From assembly GCF_009914755.1 (NCBI RefSeq), contig NC_060925.1: a stretch of 64,000 nucleotides of DNA, one strand, 5' to 3'. A program made the position numbers and the translations under genes. Numbering within the stretch: position 1 is the stretch's first letter; each line of letters begins with the position of its first letter. Under the pieces are notes generated by a model that was not told where the DNA came from, did no database searches, and saw nothing but the letters and a program-made list of their open reading frames with translations. This stretch comes from the human T2T-CHM13v2.0 reference genome, Homo sapiens. Shown piece after piece: positions 16,151-43,863 of the stretch.

Positions 16151-16391
16151 CAGCTGACCCTTGAACAGTGCGGGTTTGAACTATGAGTTCACTTAACATG
16201 GACTTTTTTCAACTAAACACAGTATGAAAATACACTATTTGAGGAATGTGAAACCCACATATATGGAGGGCCATCTTTTGGTATATATGAATTCTGCAGG
16301 GCCACTGCTGGACTTGAGCATGCAAGGATTTTGTATGGATTATCCACAGTGGTCCTAGAACCAATTCTCTATGTATACTGAGGGATGACTG
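16151..16391. mobile_element. Tigger-derived MITE (Tigger2/MER28-like DNA transposon)
   Basis: TA flanks; cagctgacccttgaac ... gagggatgactg terminal inverted repeats. Confidence 0.7.
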
Positions 16392-19117
16392 TAGTTATTT
16401 TTCTTGATATAAAAAAGAAAAAGTATTTAATAACGAATATATGTATATGAGCCTTAAGAAGTTATCACAGTGATTGTAATCTGGATATGGTACAAATTTT
16501 ATGGTACTAATGGGCCTACAATCACTTGATCCAACATTGGGCCTAAATTTCCTTAATGTGCTCAAACTCAAGCTGCTGGAGTTTCTCAAGGAATAGTAAC
16601 CCATGAAAATAAATTATCAATCACCTTTCAACAACCAGAAATCACCACTGAAACAGGCTTTGATCAAGTCTTAAATAAAAATTGACATCAAATTTTTAGG
16701 TTGATTCCCACCTCCTGCTGAATTTTCTACCACCAAGGTCATGCTCTGTCACCTCGAATCAGTTTAAAGATATGCTTCAGATACTAATCTCTGGTAGTGG
16801 GGCATTCAACTATCTTCAGTTACAGCACAAAATCCCATACAATTCAAACTAAGCTAAAAAGAAATTCCAAACTTAGTGGAGTTCTCTACTTCACTCTAAG
16901 TGAGGATCGTGCCCTGGTTAGCTTTGTTAGTTCAACCACATAGATAGACCTTATCTAAGGAAAGATAAGCACCCTATCTCACAATTTCCAAATATCACTT
17001 AGAAACAAGTTTTATGAACATTCTCTTTGGCCTTGTATCCTCTTATCTCCAATCTTGATTTTGAGTTATAAGAAAGAGGAACAGCCTTAGTTGCCACTCC
17101 TGTAAAATCAATAAATCATGGTGGTTCAGGTCCTAGAAGGATGCCACAGCTTCTCCTGAGCCTGGTGATTGATGGTGCCCATGGTGTTGTGACAAAGTGG
17201 CCACTCGAAAGCACTATCAGGGCAAAAATCCACAAGTCATTCTTGCAATCAATCTAGAAAGTATATGGCAGCAAGAGATTTAGGCATCTACTCTTCATTC
17301 ATTCATTTGTTCTCTGGCTATTTCAGCTAGGCTATATACACTGGATAATAGGATAAAAAGACATACATTTTTGAAGACAGTCTTAAGTTCAAACTTCAGA
17401 TGTGGATAAGTATTTTTTTAGCAAATTTTTATCAGTTATGGGCTGTATTCAGGATAAAAATGCTATAAATTAAACCCACCAAGTGTTTTATTGTTCATCC
17501 ACTAAATGCCAGGCACTGCATTTTATTTTATGTATAACTCAATATACCAGTCTCTGCCCTCATAAAGATGACTTTCTGGTGAAGGAAATAAGCAAGTAAA
17601 AATATAAATGCAACCAGGGTGATAATGTTTGCCAGAAATGATATCAAAAGCTACAATGTAAAAGAAAATGTGGTAATTCCAACAAATGGGAACAAGTACT
17701 CTGTGAGTTCAGAACAAGAGACTATGACCATAAAAAATAGCCCTAGGCTTAAAATAGCTGGTCTTTTAAAAATTTATACAAGGTGTACTTGTAGAGATAA
17801 AGGGACCATTCAAGTGGAAAGACCAGCATAAGCCAAGTCAGATATATTAGAAAGTGTAGGTCTTACTAAAGGTACTGTAGAATTATTCCATTTGAATGAA
17901 GCACTGAATAGGTGTGTTGAAATGAAAGATGAGACTGGAAATGAGATTAGGGCCTGACAAGAAGGGACCTGAAGATCAGGAAAATAGAATTAGACATCTT
18001 CAAACCATACCAGAATTCTAGATTTGGCCTATAGTTTCACTGCCATCAAGAATTTATAATTTGGTATCATTTGGGGGTTTTTTGATCAAATTCTTAATAG
18101 ATTCTATCTGGAAGATTGGAAATAACTTATATTTTAGGGACAAATCATATCCCCAGATCCCTTTATATTATTCCTAATCAATTTAAACTAAAAAACGAAA
18201 AAAATAGGACTTAGTCCAACAAAATCAATTTATTTTAACATCAGGAATTCATACGGGTGCTTTCTGAGATTATTATTGAAAATTCAAACTGGGTAAATCC
18301 ATTTTTAAAAAGTATAGGAAGCCAAAGATCTATTTATGGACTACTTTCGAGTTATATTTAGAAAATGTATAATAAAGAGAAATGATTCATTGCAAATAAT
18401 ACTATAAAATTATCCCATGTATAATTTTTTCAATGAGTCAATTTTATAATATCAGACAAACAAAAGCTGAAGGATTTCATCAATAACAGACCTGTCTTAC
18501 AAGAAATGCTAAAGGGACTCCTTCAATCTAAAAGAAATGGACATTAATGAGCAATAAAAAAATCATCTGAAGGTACAAAACTCACTGGTGGTAGTAAGTA
18601 CACAGGGAAAAAAAGAATATTATAGCACCATAAATGTGGTGTGTAAACTCCTCGTATCTCAAGTAGAAAGACTAAAAGATGAACCTATCTAAAGTAATAA
18701 CTATAACAACTTTTCAAGACATAGACAGTATAATAATAAATAGAAACAACAAAAATTTGAAAAGCAGGGAGATGAAATTAAAGTATAGAATTTTTATTAG
18801 TTTTCTCTTTGCTTGTTTGTTATTTGTTTATGCAATCAGAGTTGTCATCAGTTTAAAATAATAGGTTATAAAATATTACTTGCAAACCTCATTGTAACCT
18901 CAAATCAAAAAACATACAATAGATACACAAAGAATAAAAAGCAAGAAATTAAAACATACCACCAGAGGAAATTGCCTTTGCTAAAAGGAAGACAGGAAAG
19001 AAAAGAAGACCACAAAACGACTAGAAAACACATAAAATAACAAGATTAAGTCCTTACTTATCAATGATTACATTGAATGTGAATGGACGAAACTCTCCAA
19101 TCAAAAGCCATAGAGTG

Positions 19118-20555
19118 ATCCCCCACTGATCAGGCCTCCAAGCACATTCCCCAGGCCCCTATCCAGGTCTTCATCTCTCCTTTTCCTGACACTGCCACCT
19201 CCACCCTTCAAGAATGAGTTAACTAGGAATATGTCTCCTCACATCCAGAGGTCTGGCAGTCAGTTCTTCAGCAGAGGCAGAAGAGGTGGCAGAGTGGCCG
19301 TGTGCTTCCTAGGTGGAATCATTAGCTCCATCATGGAGGTGGCTACACAGCACAACCTGGAGCCCCTGCCTCAACACACACATTGCTCCAACACTGAGGC
19401 CAACAAGAGTGAGGAGGTCCATCATTTCTGGAGGCTCTTTGCCCGGTTGGCTGGAGATGACATCGAGGTCAGTGGCACAGAACTCATGAATGTTGTCAAC
19501 AAGGTTGTGATCAGTAGGACTGAACTGAAGACTCATGGTTTTGGCATTGATACATGTCAAAGCATGGTGGCCATGATGGATAGTGACACCATAGGCAAGC
19601 TGGATTTTGAGGAATTCAACTACCTGTGGAACAACATCAAAAAGTGACACAATATACAAGCAGTTTGATGTTGACCGATCCGGAACCATTTGCAGCAGTG
19701 AACTTGCAGAGGCCTTTGAGGCAGCAGGGTTCCATCTGAATGAACAACTCTACAACATAATATTCTGACACTACTTGCATGAAGGAGAGAACATGGATTT
19801 TGGCAACTTTATCAGCTGCTTGGTCAGGCCAGATGCTTCGTTTCATGCCTGGAAATCTCTTTACAAAGATGACACTAGACCATTCTAAGTGAATATCCAA
19901 GAGTGGCTGCAGCTGACAATGTATTTCTAAATGGGAAACCCAGGCCTGCCCCTTCACTGCCTTGCTATAGGAGTCACCTTGGAGCCTCAGCCTCTCCCAG
20001 TGCTGATCCCATTTGCAGTCACATCTTCATGGGTCCTGCTGACCCATGGGCCTTTTGTTCTTCCAGCCCTTGGCACCCAGCTTCTCAGTCAAGATCCAGG
20101 GTCAAATGTGCCTCAACATGCCATGCCCTGAGTTGGCCCCAACTCTAAAACATGCTAACACGCTCTTCCAACAGTCACCCCACCCCACCATACCCATCTC
20201 ACTCTCATGCCATAACCTCACTCTTGTATCTGTGCCAACCTCAACACTTGCATTGCTTGCATCCCCCAAGGGCCCTCTCTCAGTTCTGGGAGGATGACTC
20301 TGCTCCCTACACACCCTGGTCCACCCATTCACAGTTACCACCCAAGCAGTCAAACATCAGGCTATTCCAGTCCCACATGTTCCAGTGGTTTCGTCTATAT
20401 TCTGCTCCTAGCCTGCCAGGCCCAGGAAGAAGAAAAAACATATGAGAAAAAGAAGGGGAGAGAGAGAGAGGAAGGACGGAAGGAAGGCAGGAAGGAAGGA
20501 AGGAAGCAAGGAAGGAAGGAAGGAAGGAAGGAAGGAAGGAAGGAAGGAAGGAAGG
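19118..20555 (+). pseudogene. CAPNS1P1: Processed pseudogene of calpain small subunit 1; inverted 5' segment (19118-~19270), forward body with stops (e.g. TGA 19645-19647, terminal TAA 19928-19930), 3' UTR and purine-rich tail
   Basis: Intronless penta-EF-hand peptides (EANKSEEVHHFWRLFARLAGDDIEVS, FGIDTCQSMVAMMDSDTIGKLDFEEFNYLWNNIKK, WLQLTMY); degenerate TSD aaaagccatagagtg / aagacagagtg. Confidence 0.9.
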
Positions 20556-20558
20556 AAG
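20456..20558 (+). repeat. (GA)n + (GGAA)n microsatellite; 12 uninterrupted GGAA at 20510-20557
   Basis: Read directly; lies at the retrocopy tail. Confidence 0.95.
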
Positions 20559-21824
20559 ACAGAGTGGTTGAATGGATTTTTAAAAACCAAGCCCCAATGT
20601 TCTGTTGCCTACAAGAAACACACTTCACCTATAAAAATACACATCAAATTAAAATAAATGGATAGAAAAAATGTTCCATATTTCAACATAAATACTGGAA
20701 GAAGAGAAAGAGATAGTAATTATATAATAATAATGGAGTCAATTCAGCAAAAGAATAGCACAACTGTAAATATATATGCACCAACATTGACAGCTATTAA
20801 CGTATTGGGGTCTATCTCTGTCTTCACCTCTAAAGAGATAATAGCTGGAGATTTCAACAGCCCACTTTCAGCATTGGACAGATCTTCTAGACAGAAAATT
20901 AACAACAACAAAAATCAGATTTAATCTGCACTAGACAACAAATGCAGTATAGACCAAACAGATACTTAAAAACTTTTCATCCAATAGCTGTACAATGCAC
21001 ATTCTTCTCTTTAGCACATGTATCATTCTCAAGAATAGACCATATGTTAGGCCACAAAACAGTCTAAAACATTGAAATTATAACTAGAAATTAATAACAA
21101 GGTGATCATTGAAAACCATATGTATATCAAAAAAGTAGAAAAATGTCAAGTAAACAACCTAATAATGCATCTTAAAAAACTAGAAAAGCAAAAGCAAACC
21201 AAATCCAAAATTAGTAGACATAAAGAAATAAGAAAGATCAGAGCAGAAATAAATGAAGTGAAAATGAATAAGAATACAAAAAATTAACAAAACAAACTTG
21301 ATTTCTTGAAAGATAAAATTGACAAACCATTAGCCTAAGAAAAACAGAGAGAAGATGCAAATAAATGAAATTAGACATGAAAAAAGAGACATGATAATAG
21401 ACACCACAGAAATTCAAAAGATCATTAGAGACTACTCTGAGGAGCTATATACCAGTAACTTGGAAAGCCTAGAACAAATGGATAAATTCCTAGACAAATA
21501 CAACCTACCAAGATGAAGAAATCTGAAATCCAAATAAGCCAATAACAAGTAATGAGATTGAAGCCATAATAAAAAGTATCCCAGCAAATAAAGCCTGGCA
21601 TTCAATAGCTTCACTGCTTAATTTTACCAAACATTAAAAGAAAAACTGATACCAATCCTACTCAAATTATTCCAAACAAAATAGAAGAAATGGGAATACT
21701 TCAAATTCATTCTACAAGGCTGATATTATGACACATCATGATACCAGATGAAAGACATCAAAAATAGAAAGAGAAACATACGTCAAAAATAGAAAACTAC
21801 AGGCCACTATCCCTGAGAAATGTA

Positions 21825-31217
<9,393 letters not shown>

Positions 31218-31800
31218 CTAAGACATGTTAAGCATTTTTTTATATACTTGTTAGCCAGTTGTATCTCTTCTTTTGAGAAATGTCTATTCAGATATTTTGC
31301 CCATTTTTTAATAAGAGTATTTGTTTGTTTGTTTTTGAGTTGAGACTCTTGTATATTCTGAACATTAGTCCTTTGTAAGTTGAATAGCTTGCAAATACAT
31401 TATCCCATTACGCAGGATGACTCTCCATTCTGTTGGTTTTTTTCCTTTGCTGCACAAAAGCCTTTTAATTTAACAGTCTCATTTGTCTATTTTTGCTTTT
31501 GTTGAGTGTGCTATTGAAGTTTTACCCATCAAATTGTTGCCTGGACAGATGTCTGCAAGTGTTTTCCCTATGTTTTCCTCCAGTAGTTTTATTGTTTGGG
31601 GTCTTACATTTAAATACTTAATCCATTCTGAATTGATATATGGCATATTAATATCCACGTTTCCCAGCACCAATTGTAAACATACATTCCCCAATGTATA
31701 TTGCTGGTCTCTGTGTCAAAAATGAGGCAACTTAAAATATGTGAATTTATTTCTGAATTCTCTATTCTGTTCCATTGGTCTATGTGTCTGTTTTTACTGT
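31218..31800 (-). mobile_element. Older L1 ORF2 fragment
   Basis: Peptide INSEWIKYLNVRPQTIKLLEENIG. Confidence 0.75.
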
Positions 31801-32840
31801 CAGGTCATTTTTTATAAAACTAAAACTCAACCCACTTCACATAAGTGACATGAAAGGAAATTCTTCATGGGTAAAAGTTTGAAGTCTTCCAATGTGCAAT
31901 CTTGGGCTACATATTTCAGTGTTCAGTGCTCCACTCTTCCACTCCTCTCCAGGCCTTTGCTTTTAAGCTTTGAGTGCAAGTCATTCTTACCCTCTAGAGT
32001 AAGTCCAGTTAAGGGCAGTGGCTGTGTTTAATTCATCTTCATACACTTCTCAGCACCTAGTACAGTGCTGTGCATGCAGTATATTTGCTCTCTATACACA
32101 CACGTACAGATGGTTGATTGTTTTTCTAGCTTGCAGGTCTTGCTTCCATTTGATATGAGACTCAGTAACCCCAGGTGAATCACTGAATCCCTCTTGCTAT
32201 GAACTCTACAGCCGGCTGCATAGAGCTCTTTGTGTGAAAATAAGCTTATTATCAAAACATTCCACACCTGAAATTCAGTCTGTTCATTGGATGCTAATAT
32301 CAAGACAATCTTTGAAATCACTAGGCATATATACATTAATTATTGCATCATATAATAATACTAAATTGTGAATTAATTTTATCTGTGACTATCTACTAGA
32401 AGGATTCCATAGACTGCAAACCAAGTGAACTGAAAAGTGAGGAAATGATGCTTCCTCATCCCCACCATCTAAATGAAAAATTCCCTACTTATTTTTTTCC
32501 AGCTGTCTGACTTTTTATGTCAGACAATGTGTTAAATATGCCCTTTCCTTATTTACCGCACCTCTAAAAGAATAGGCAGCTCCATTGTGAGTGTGTCTAT
32601 TATTTTAGGAAATTATAGCTGAAAATTAACATGATGCCTCCTCATTCTAGGATTCTCAAACTGACTCAATCCATGAGACATGTATCATTGTATTCAAAAC
32701 CTAATGGGCATTTTGTTAGACAACAAATGGTCTCTAAGATTTCCAACAAAAAACTTTGAAGCTTCTGGTTGAGCAATCATTAAACCCTCCCACTGGCACA
32801 CTCCAGTAATTTCATTTATGGTAGTGGACTTGAACGAAGT

Positions 32841-32864
32841 ACTTTCAGTTTCATATTACTCTAA
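32841..32864 (+). promoter_or_regulatory. GBP1P1: ISRE (ACTTTCAGTTTCAT) next to GAS core (TTACTCTAA), GBP1-type interferon-responsive promoter; kappaB-like GAAGAAATCCC at 32906-32916
   Basis: Matches the recalled classical GBP1 element AGTACTTTCAGTTTCATATTACTCTAAATC. Confidence 0.85.
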
Positions 32865-33904
32865 ATCCATTACAAATATGCTTAACCTCTAAATATTTCA
32901 TCACTGAAGAAATCCCAGCCCTACAACGTTGGAACAGTAAAATATTAGTCCAAGGATCCAGTGAGAGACACAGAAGTGCTAGAAGCCACTCCTCATGAAC
33001 TAAGGAGAAAAAGAACAGGTAAGAACTTTTACTACTTCTCATTAAGCAGCTTTCTCTTTAGCTCCAAAGGATCTCAGCTCAGGGATATGGAACCTATAAG
33101 GTTGTGGCAGGGATGGGAAGGAATTTATAAAGGTCAGTTCATTTTCTTAAACATCGTCAGAACCAAATTAGGCTGCAGATGAGCCTGAAGTGGGACGCAG
33201 GTCAGATGAAATCCTGGTGTTATCAGGGACAGCATGGCCTTAAGTGACACTACAGTGTTTGTGTTGAATTAGGCACCAGTAGACAGGGGCTAAACTGAGA
33301 GTTTGAAATGCACTAGGATAGTCTTTCTCTTTGTTGTCATTCTCTGTGTTGACTGGAGACATGATTACATTTCCATTATCAGTGATGGAGCTTGCTGAAT
33401 CCTGCTCCTATGCAGCTAAGAAATGGAAAGAGCTACAAATGGGTTCTTTTCATAAGGAAAGAACAGCAAATGAGAAGCAGAGTAATCAGCCCACTGACAT
33501 GGTTAAAGACAAAGAAAAAACTGAAACTCAGCCTGAAAGATGAAGATTCATGAAAACAGTATACTTTTTATTACACTTGTGAACTTCGTTTCAGAATGGA
33601 TTACTTTCTTTAGAAATAGTCCAGACTCACTAATTTCCTAGTGCCCACTGATCCCTGTCCCTTAGAAGTGAAATTCAACCCCACTGCTTCACTAAAGTGC
33701 TTCCAATTTTGTCTTCTTTTAGTAGAGACTGGGGCCTAAAGTGTTTCCTCTTTAATTTTCCTGTAATGCATCTCTAGAGAAAATATCTTTGCTTATTTTA
33801 ACCTCTCTATGCAATCAGACTACTTTAATCCTGCCTTCTGGAAAGTCCTCGCCTGAATTCCTTGTCAAGACACTAGCCTCATTCATCACCTTCTGGTCTG
33901 ATAG

Positions 33905-33909
33905 CTCTT

Positions 33910-33974
<65 letters not shown>
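33905..33974 (+). repeat. Compound (CT)n(CA)n microsatellite
   Basis: Read directly. Confidence 0.95.
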
Positions 33975-33975
<1 letters not shown>

Positions 33976-34724
33976 CTTCCCAGCCCCTTCTCCTCCTCCT
34001 CTCCACTCCTACTATTCCTCCTCTATTTCTCTTTCTCCTACCCTACCAAATGGAAAACAGAACAAAACAGAAATCCTAAAGCTGTATCGCTGGAAATATA
34101 TTTCATTTGAACAACTTCCTAGGTAGCTCTCTTTATCTGCCTCTTGATCTTTTAATCCTTATTTCATTATCTGGGGGAAACATTCAGCATTTGCAATTTT
34201 GCATTCATACCCTCACTGAGTTAGAGGCTACCTTATTGTGACTCTAACGCAGCTTAAGTTTCAGGGCCCTTCTCTTGGACATGACCCTTCAGAGTCCTTG
34301 GAAGGTTCCTCAGCCATGTGTTTCACATGTTTGTATAGTTTTCTAAAATTTGCAAAAGTATGTTACGTTGTTTCCACTTCCAGAATGGCACCGTGAAAAG
34401 CTTTATTGATCCTCATTGCGGTGAAATAAGCATAACCACTTGAAGATGGAGGAAGGAACACATTTAAAAATCTTTGGAAATTGTTCTAAGGGTAAACATC
34501 AAACTATGAATACTGATTTACTGTATTAGATATATTTATTCACTGTAAGAATTAATAAGTAAATCAATATTGAATTCCTTATACACAGCCAGGATGCAAA
34601 ATAAATCCTCTAAATCCTGTTCTATCTTCCATTAATTGACTAGTGAAAATATTTAAAAAGAATCCAAAAAGAAAGTTTTCCACTATAAATTAAATGAAAT
34701 ATTTGAGTTGTGAGCATAGTTGAG

Positions 34725-35348
34725 TGTTGATGAGGCAGGAAATTAAAGAAAAATACAATTAAAAATAAAAAGAAATAAGTTTTCCTGTATTAGGCTGACT
34801 TGTCCCAGAGGCAGCAACAGGCACAGACCAGACCCAGGAAAAGTCTTGATAATACTATCTAAGGTGCTCTGGAGACTCTCCCAGCACTCCCTCAACATAG
34901 GAAGAAGAAAAATAAATTTTCCTTTGTTTTATGGAAAAGTTTGTAGATTCCTGTTCTCTGTAACTAGTGACTTCAAGTATTCTGTTTTATCTAAGAAGTA
35001 GAGTGAAGGTCATGAGAAGCCTGAATAGGCCTGAACTACAGCTGCCTGGGCACCATAGTGAAGGTTATAATATAAACCAGTGCAAGGCTCTTTAGAGCAA
35101 AACGTAGATAACAGACATCTGGGTTGCTTGGCAATGGTCATGTGTAATCCTGAGTTTGTCCTGCCTCTATATCCCTGCTTTCATGCCACTGTAAGCTTGC
35201 TTCAAGCTAGCCCACCCGCTTTTGTGAAGTGTGTATAAAAGTCAAGTGCTGTCTTTGCATGTGAGTGTGCTGGGGCCTGAGTGTACTCAATAAAAATTCT
35301 CCTGTTTTAACCCGAGGTCTCTCTCTCGTCCTCCTGGATCCCACAACA
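34725..35348 (+). mobile_element. Solo ERV LTR, sense, in GBP1P1 intron 1 (family not identified)
   Basis: TGTTG...CAACA termini, TATAAAA 35234-35240, AATAAA 35289-35294. Confidence 0.75.
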
Positions 35349-36970
35349 CTGATAAGTCACTGTCATGCTAACATTTTTTGTAATGAGCTACTTTGACAAT
35401 ACTTCCATAATTTTCTCAAATGATACAGATTTTGCCTCATCTCTCTCGCTGTCACACACAAAACTTTTGGCCATAATGGGGAACCTTATGATTCTCCCTT
35501 ATAATTGCAAAACACTAGAAACTCTCATTTATTTCACCTCTTCTCTTGCAGACAAGGGAACACCCCAGACATGGTATCAGAGATCCACATGACAGGCCCA
35601 ATGTGCCTCATTGAGAACACTAATGGGCGACTGATGGCGAATCCAGAAGCTCTGAAGATCCTTTCTGCCATTACGCAGCCTGTGGTGGTGGTGGCGACTG
35701 TGGGCCGCTAGCGCACAGGAAAATCCTACCTGATTAACAAGCTGGCTCAGAAGAAAAAGGGTGAGTGGCATGAGCAAAGCTCTGCCAAGTCCCTTCTGTC
35801 CATCTACACAGTCAGCCTCCATCACGAGGATGTGAAGAGAGAAAGAGATGAGGATGAATATGGAAAGCTAACTTTCCATTCACAGTCGGGCTCCTTATCT
35901 TCACGCTGCTCTAAGGGATAATTTTAAATTCATTAATTATTCCCATGATACATTAGTTTCCCTTTCAAAAGCACAAACTGTGCCTTTCCTAAAAGGAGTA
36001 AGACTGTAATAAAAATAATTAATGTACATAATAATAACTATAATAAACTACAATTTTTATGCCATAACAGCGAGTTTACAGTGATCTTTAAGGTTGAAAA
36101 AATGTTTGTCTGTATTGGATATTCTTTTTTATTGTTGTAAAAAAATAACATAAAATTTAACCTCGTAACCATTTTTAAGTGTACAGCTCTGTGGCATTAA
36201 TTAAATTCACATTGTTATACAGCTGTCACCTCCATCCATATCCAGAAATCTTTCATCTTGCCTAACAGAAACTCTGTACTAACTAAACAAAAGCTCCACA
36301 TAAACCCATTGCCTGCCATCATTCTACATTCTATCTCTATGAATTTTACTACTACAGAAACCTCATATAAGTGGAATTATTCAATATTTGTCCTTTTATG
36401 ACTGGCTTATTTCAATTCATATGTCTTCAAGGTTCATCAGTGTGTTAGCATGTGTCAAAACTCTTCCTTTTTAAGGCTTAGTAATTGTACATGTATACTA
36501 ATTTGTTTATCTCTTCATCTGTCAATGGACAATTGGATTGCTTCCACCTTTTGTCTATTATAAATAATGCTAATAGGAACATGGGTGTCTGAATATCTGT
36601 TCAAGTCCCTGCTTTCACTTCTTTTGGGAATATACCCAGAAGGGTAATTGCTGGCTCATGCAGTCATTCCATGTTAACTTTTTTTTTTTTTAAGAAATCA
36701 CTATACTATTTTCCACAGTGACTGTACTGTTTTACATTCCCAACAGAAATGCACAAGGGCTCTAATTTCTCTACCTCCTCACCAACATTTTTTATTTTCA
36801 GTGTTTTTTTTGATAGTGGCCATATGAATGGATGTTAAGTAGTATCTCACTATGGTTTTGATTTTCATTTTCCTAATGACTGGTGATACTGGGCATCTTT
36901 TCATGTGCTTATTGGCCACCTGTATATCTTCTTTGGGAAAATGTCTATTCAAGTCCTTTCTTCATTTATT

Positions 36971-37760
36971 TTTTTTTTTTTAAATTCAGAAAAATTTTCT
37001 TCCACTTGAAAATGTTAAAACTCTTCATTAAACAACTATTAGATCAAGTAGAAAATACAAATCAAAATAGGTGAACATATAAACATCAAAATAGTGATAT
37101 ATATATCAGAATCTATGGAATATAATGAAAATAATTATCAAAAACAATTTGTAGTCTTTAAATCATATATCAATAGAATTATAAATTAAAATACATAAAT
37201 CTAATGTGAAACACAGAAAGCTAGAAAAAAGATCAAGAAAATAAAGCAAAAGGAAACATAACAGACGTAAAGAGATAAGAGCAGAACTTCAGTTAGTTCT
37301 GATTGTAAGCTATGTTATAAATTAATCAACATGCTAGTTCTTTGAATAGAACATAAACAAAATATGCAAACCAACATCCAACCTAATCAAGAAAAACAGG
37401 GAGAAAACAAAGTTACACAGAATAATACACGAAACAAGAGGAAATCATACTAAAACTAAGGACATTTTTAAACTGTTGAGTTAAATCATTTTACACAGCT
37501 CTAAGCAGGTAGATATAAAAGCCTACATAAAATGGGTAATCCCATAGGGAAATTATTAACAGTGATACCAATGGAGACAGAAAGTTTAAGAAAATGAGAA
37601 AGTTATTAAATTACTACTCCCACCCAAAAGTACAAGACACAGATGACTTTATAATGGAATTTTATGAATTTTTCAAATATTAGATAATACCAATGCTACA
37701 TAGACTGTTCTTAAAAAGAGATTGCCAAGCTATGGCCAGTGGGACAAATATGGCCTGCCG
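36971..37760 (-). other. L1 3'-transduced segment with its own poly(A) (T tract to 36981)
   Basis: Lies inside the TSD of the downstream L1; contains + strand ancient L1 ORF2 sequence and the start of a MER58-like element. Confidence 0.8.
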
Positions 37761-37761
37761 G

Positions 37762-43863
<6,102 letters not shown>

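Larger units (their letters stand above)
18455..21822 (+). mobile_element. Old L1M1/L1MA fragment (end of ORF1 to mid ORF2), interrupted by the CAPNS1 retrocopy
   Basis: Degenerate endonuclease-domain peptides ([33 protein letters not shown]). Confidence 0.8.

Noticed and set aside
19231-19647. Novel 138-aa calpain small-subunit gene
   Set aside because: It starts in the inverted segment and ends at a premature TGA, with more disablements downstream
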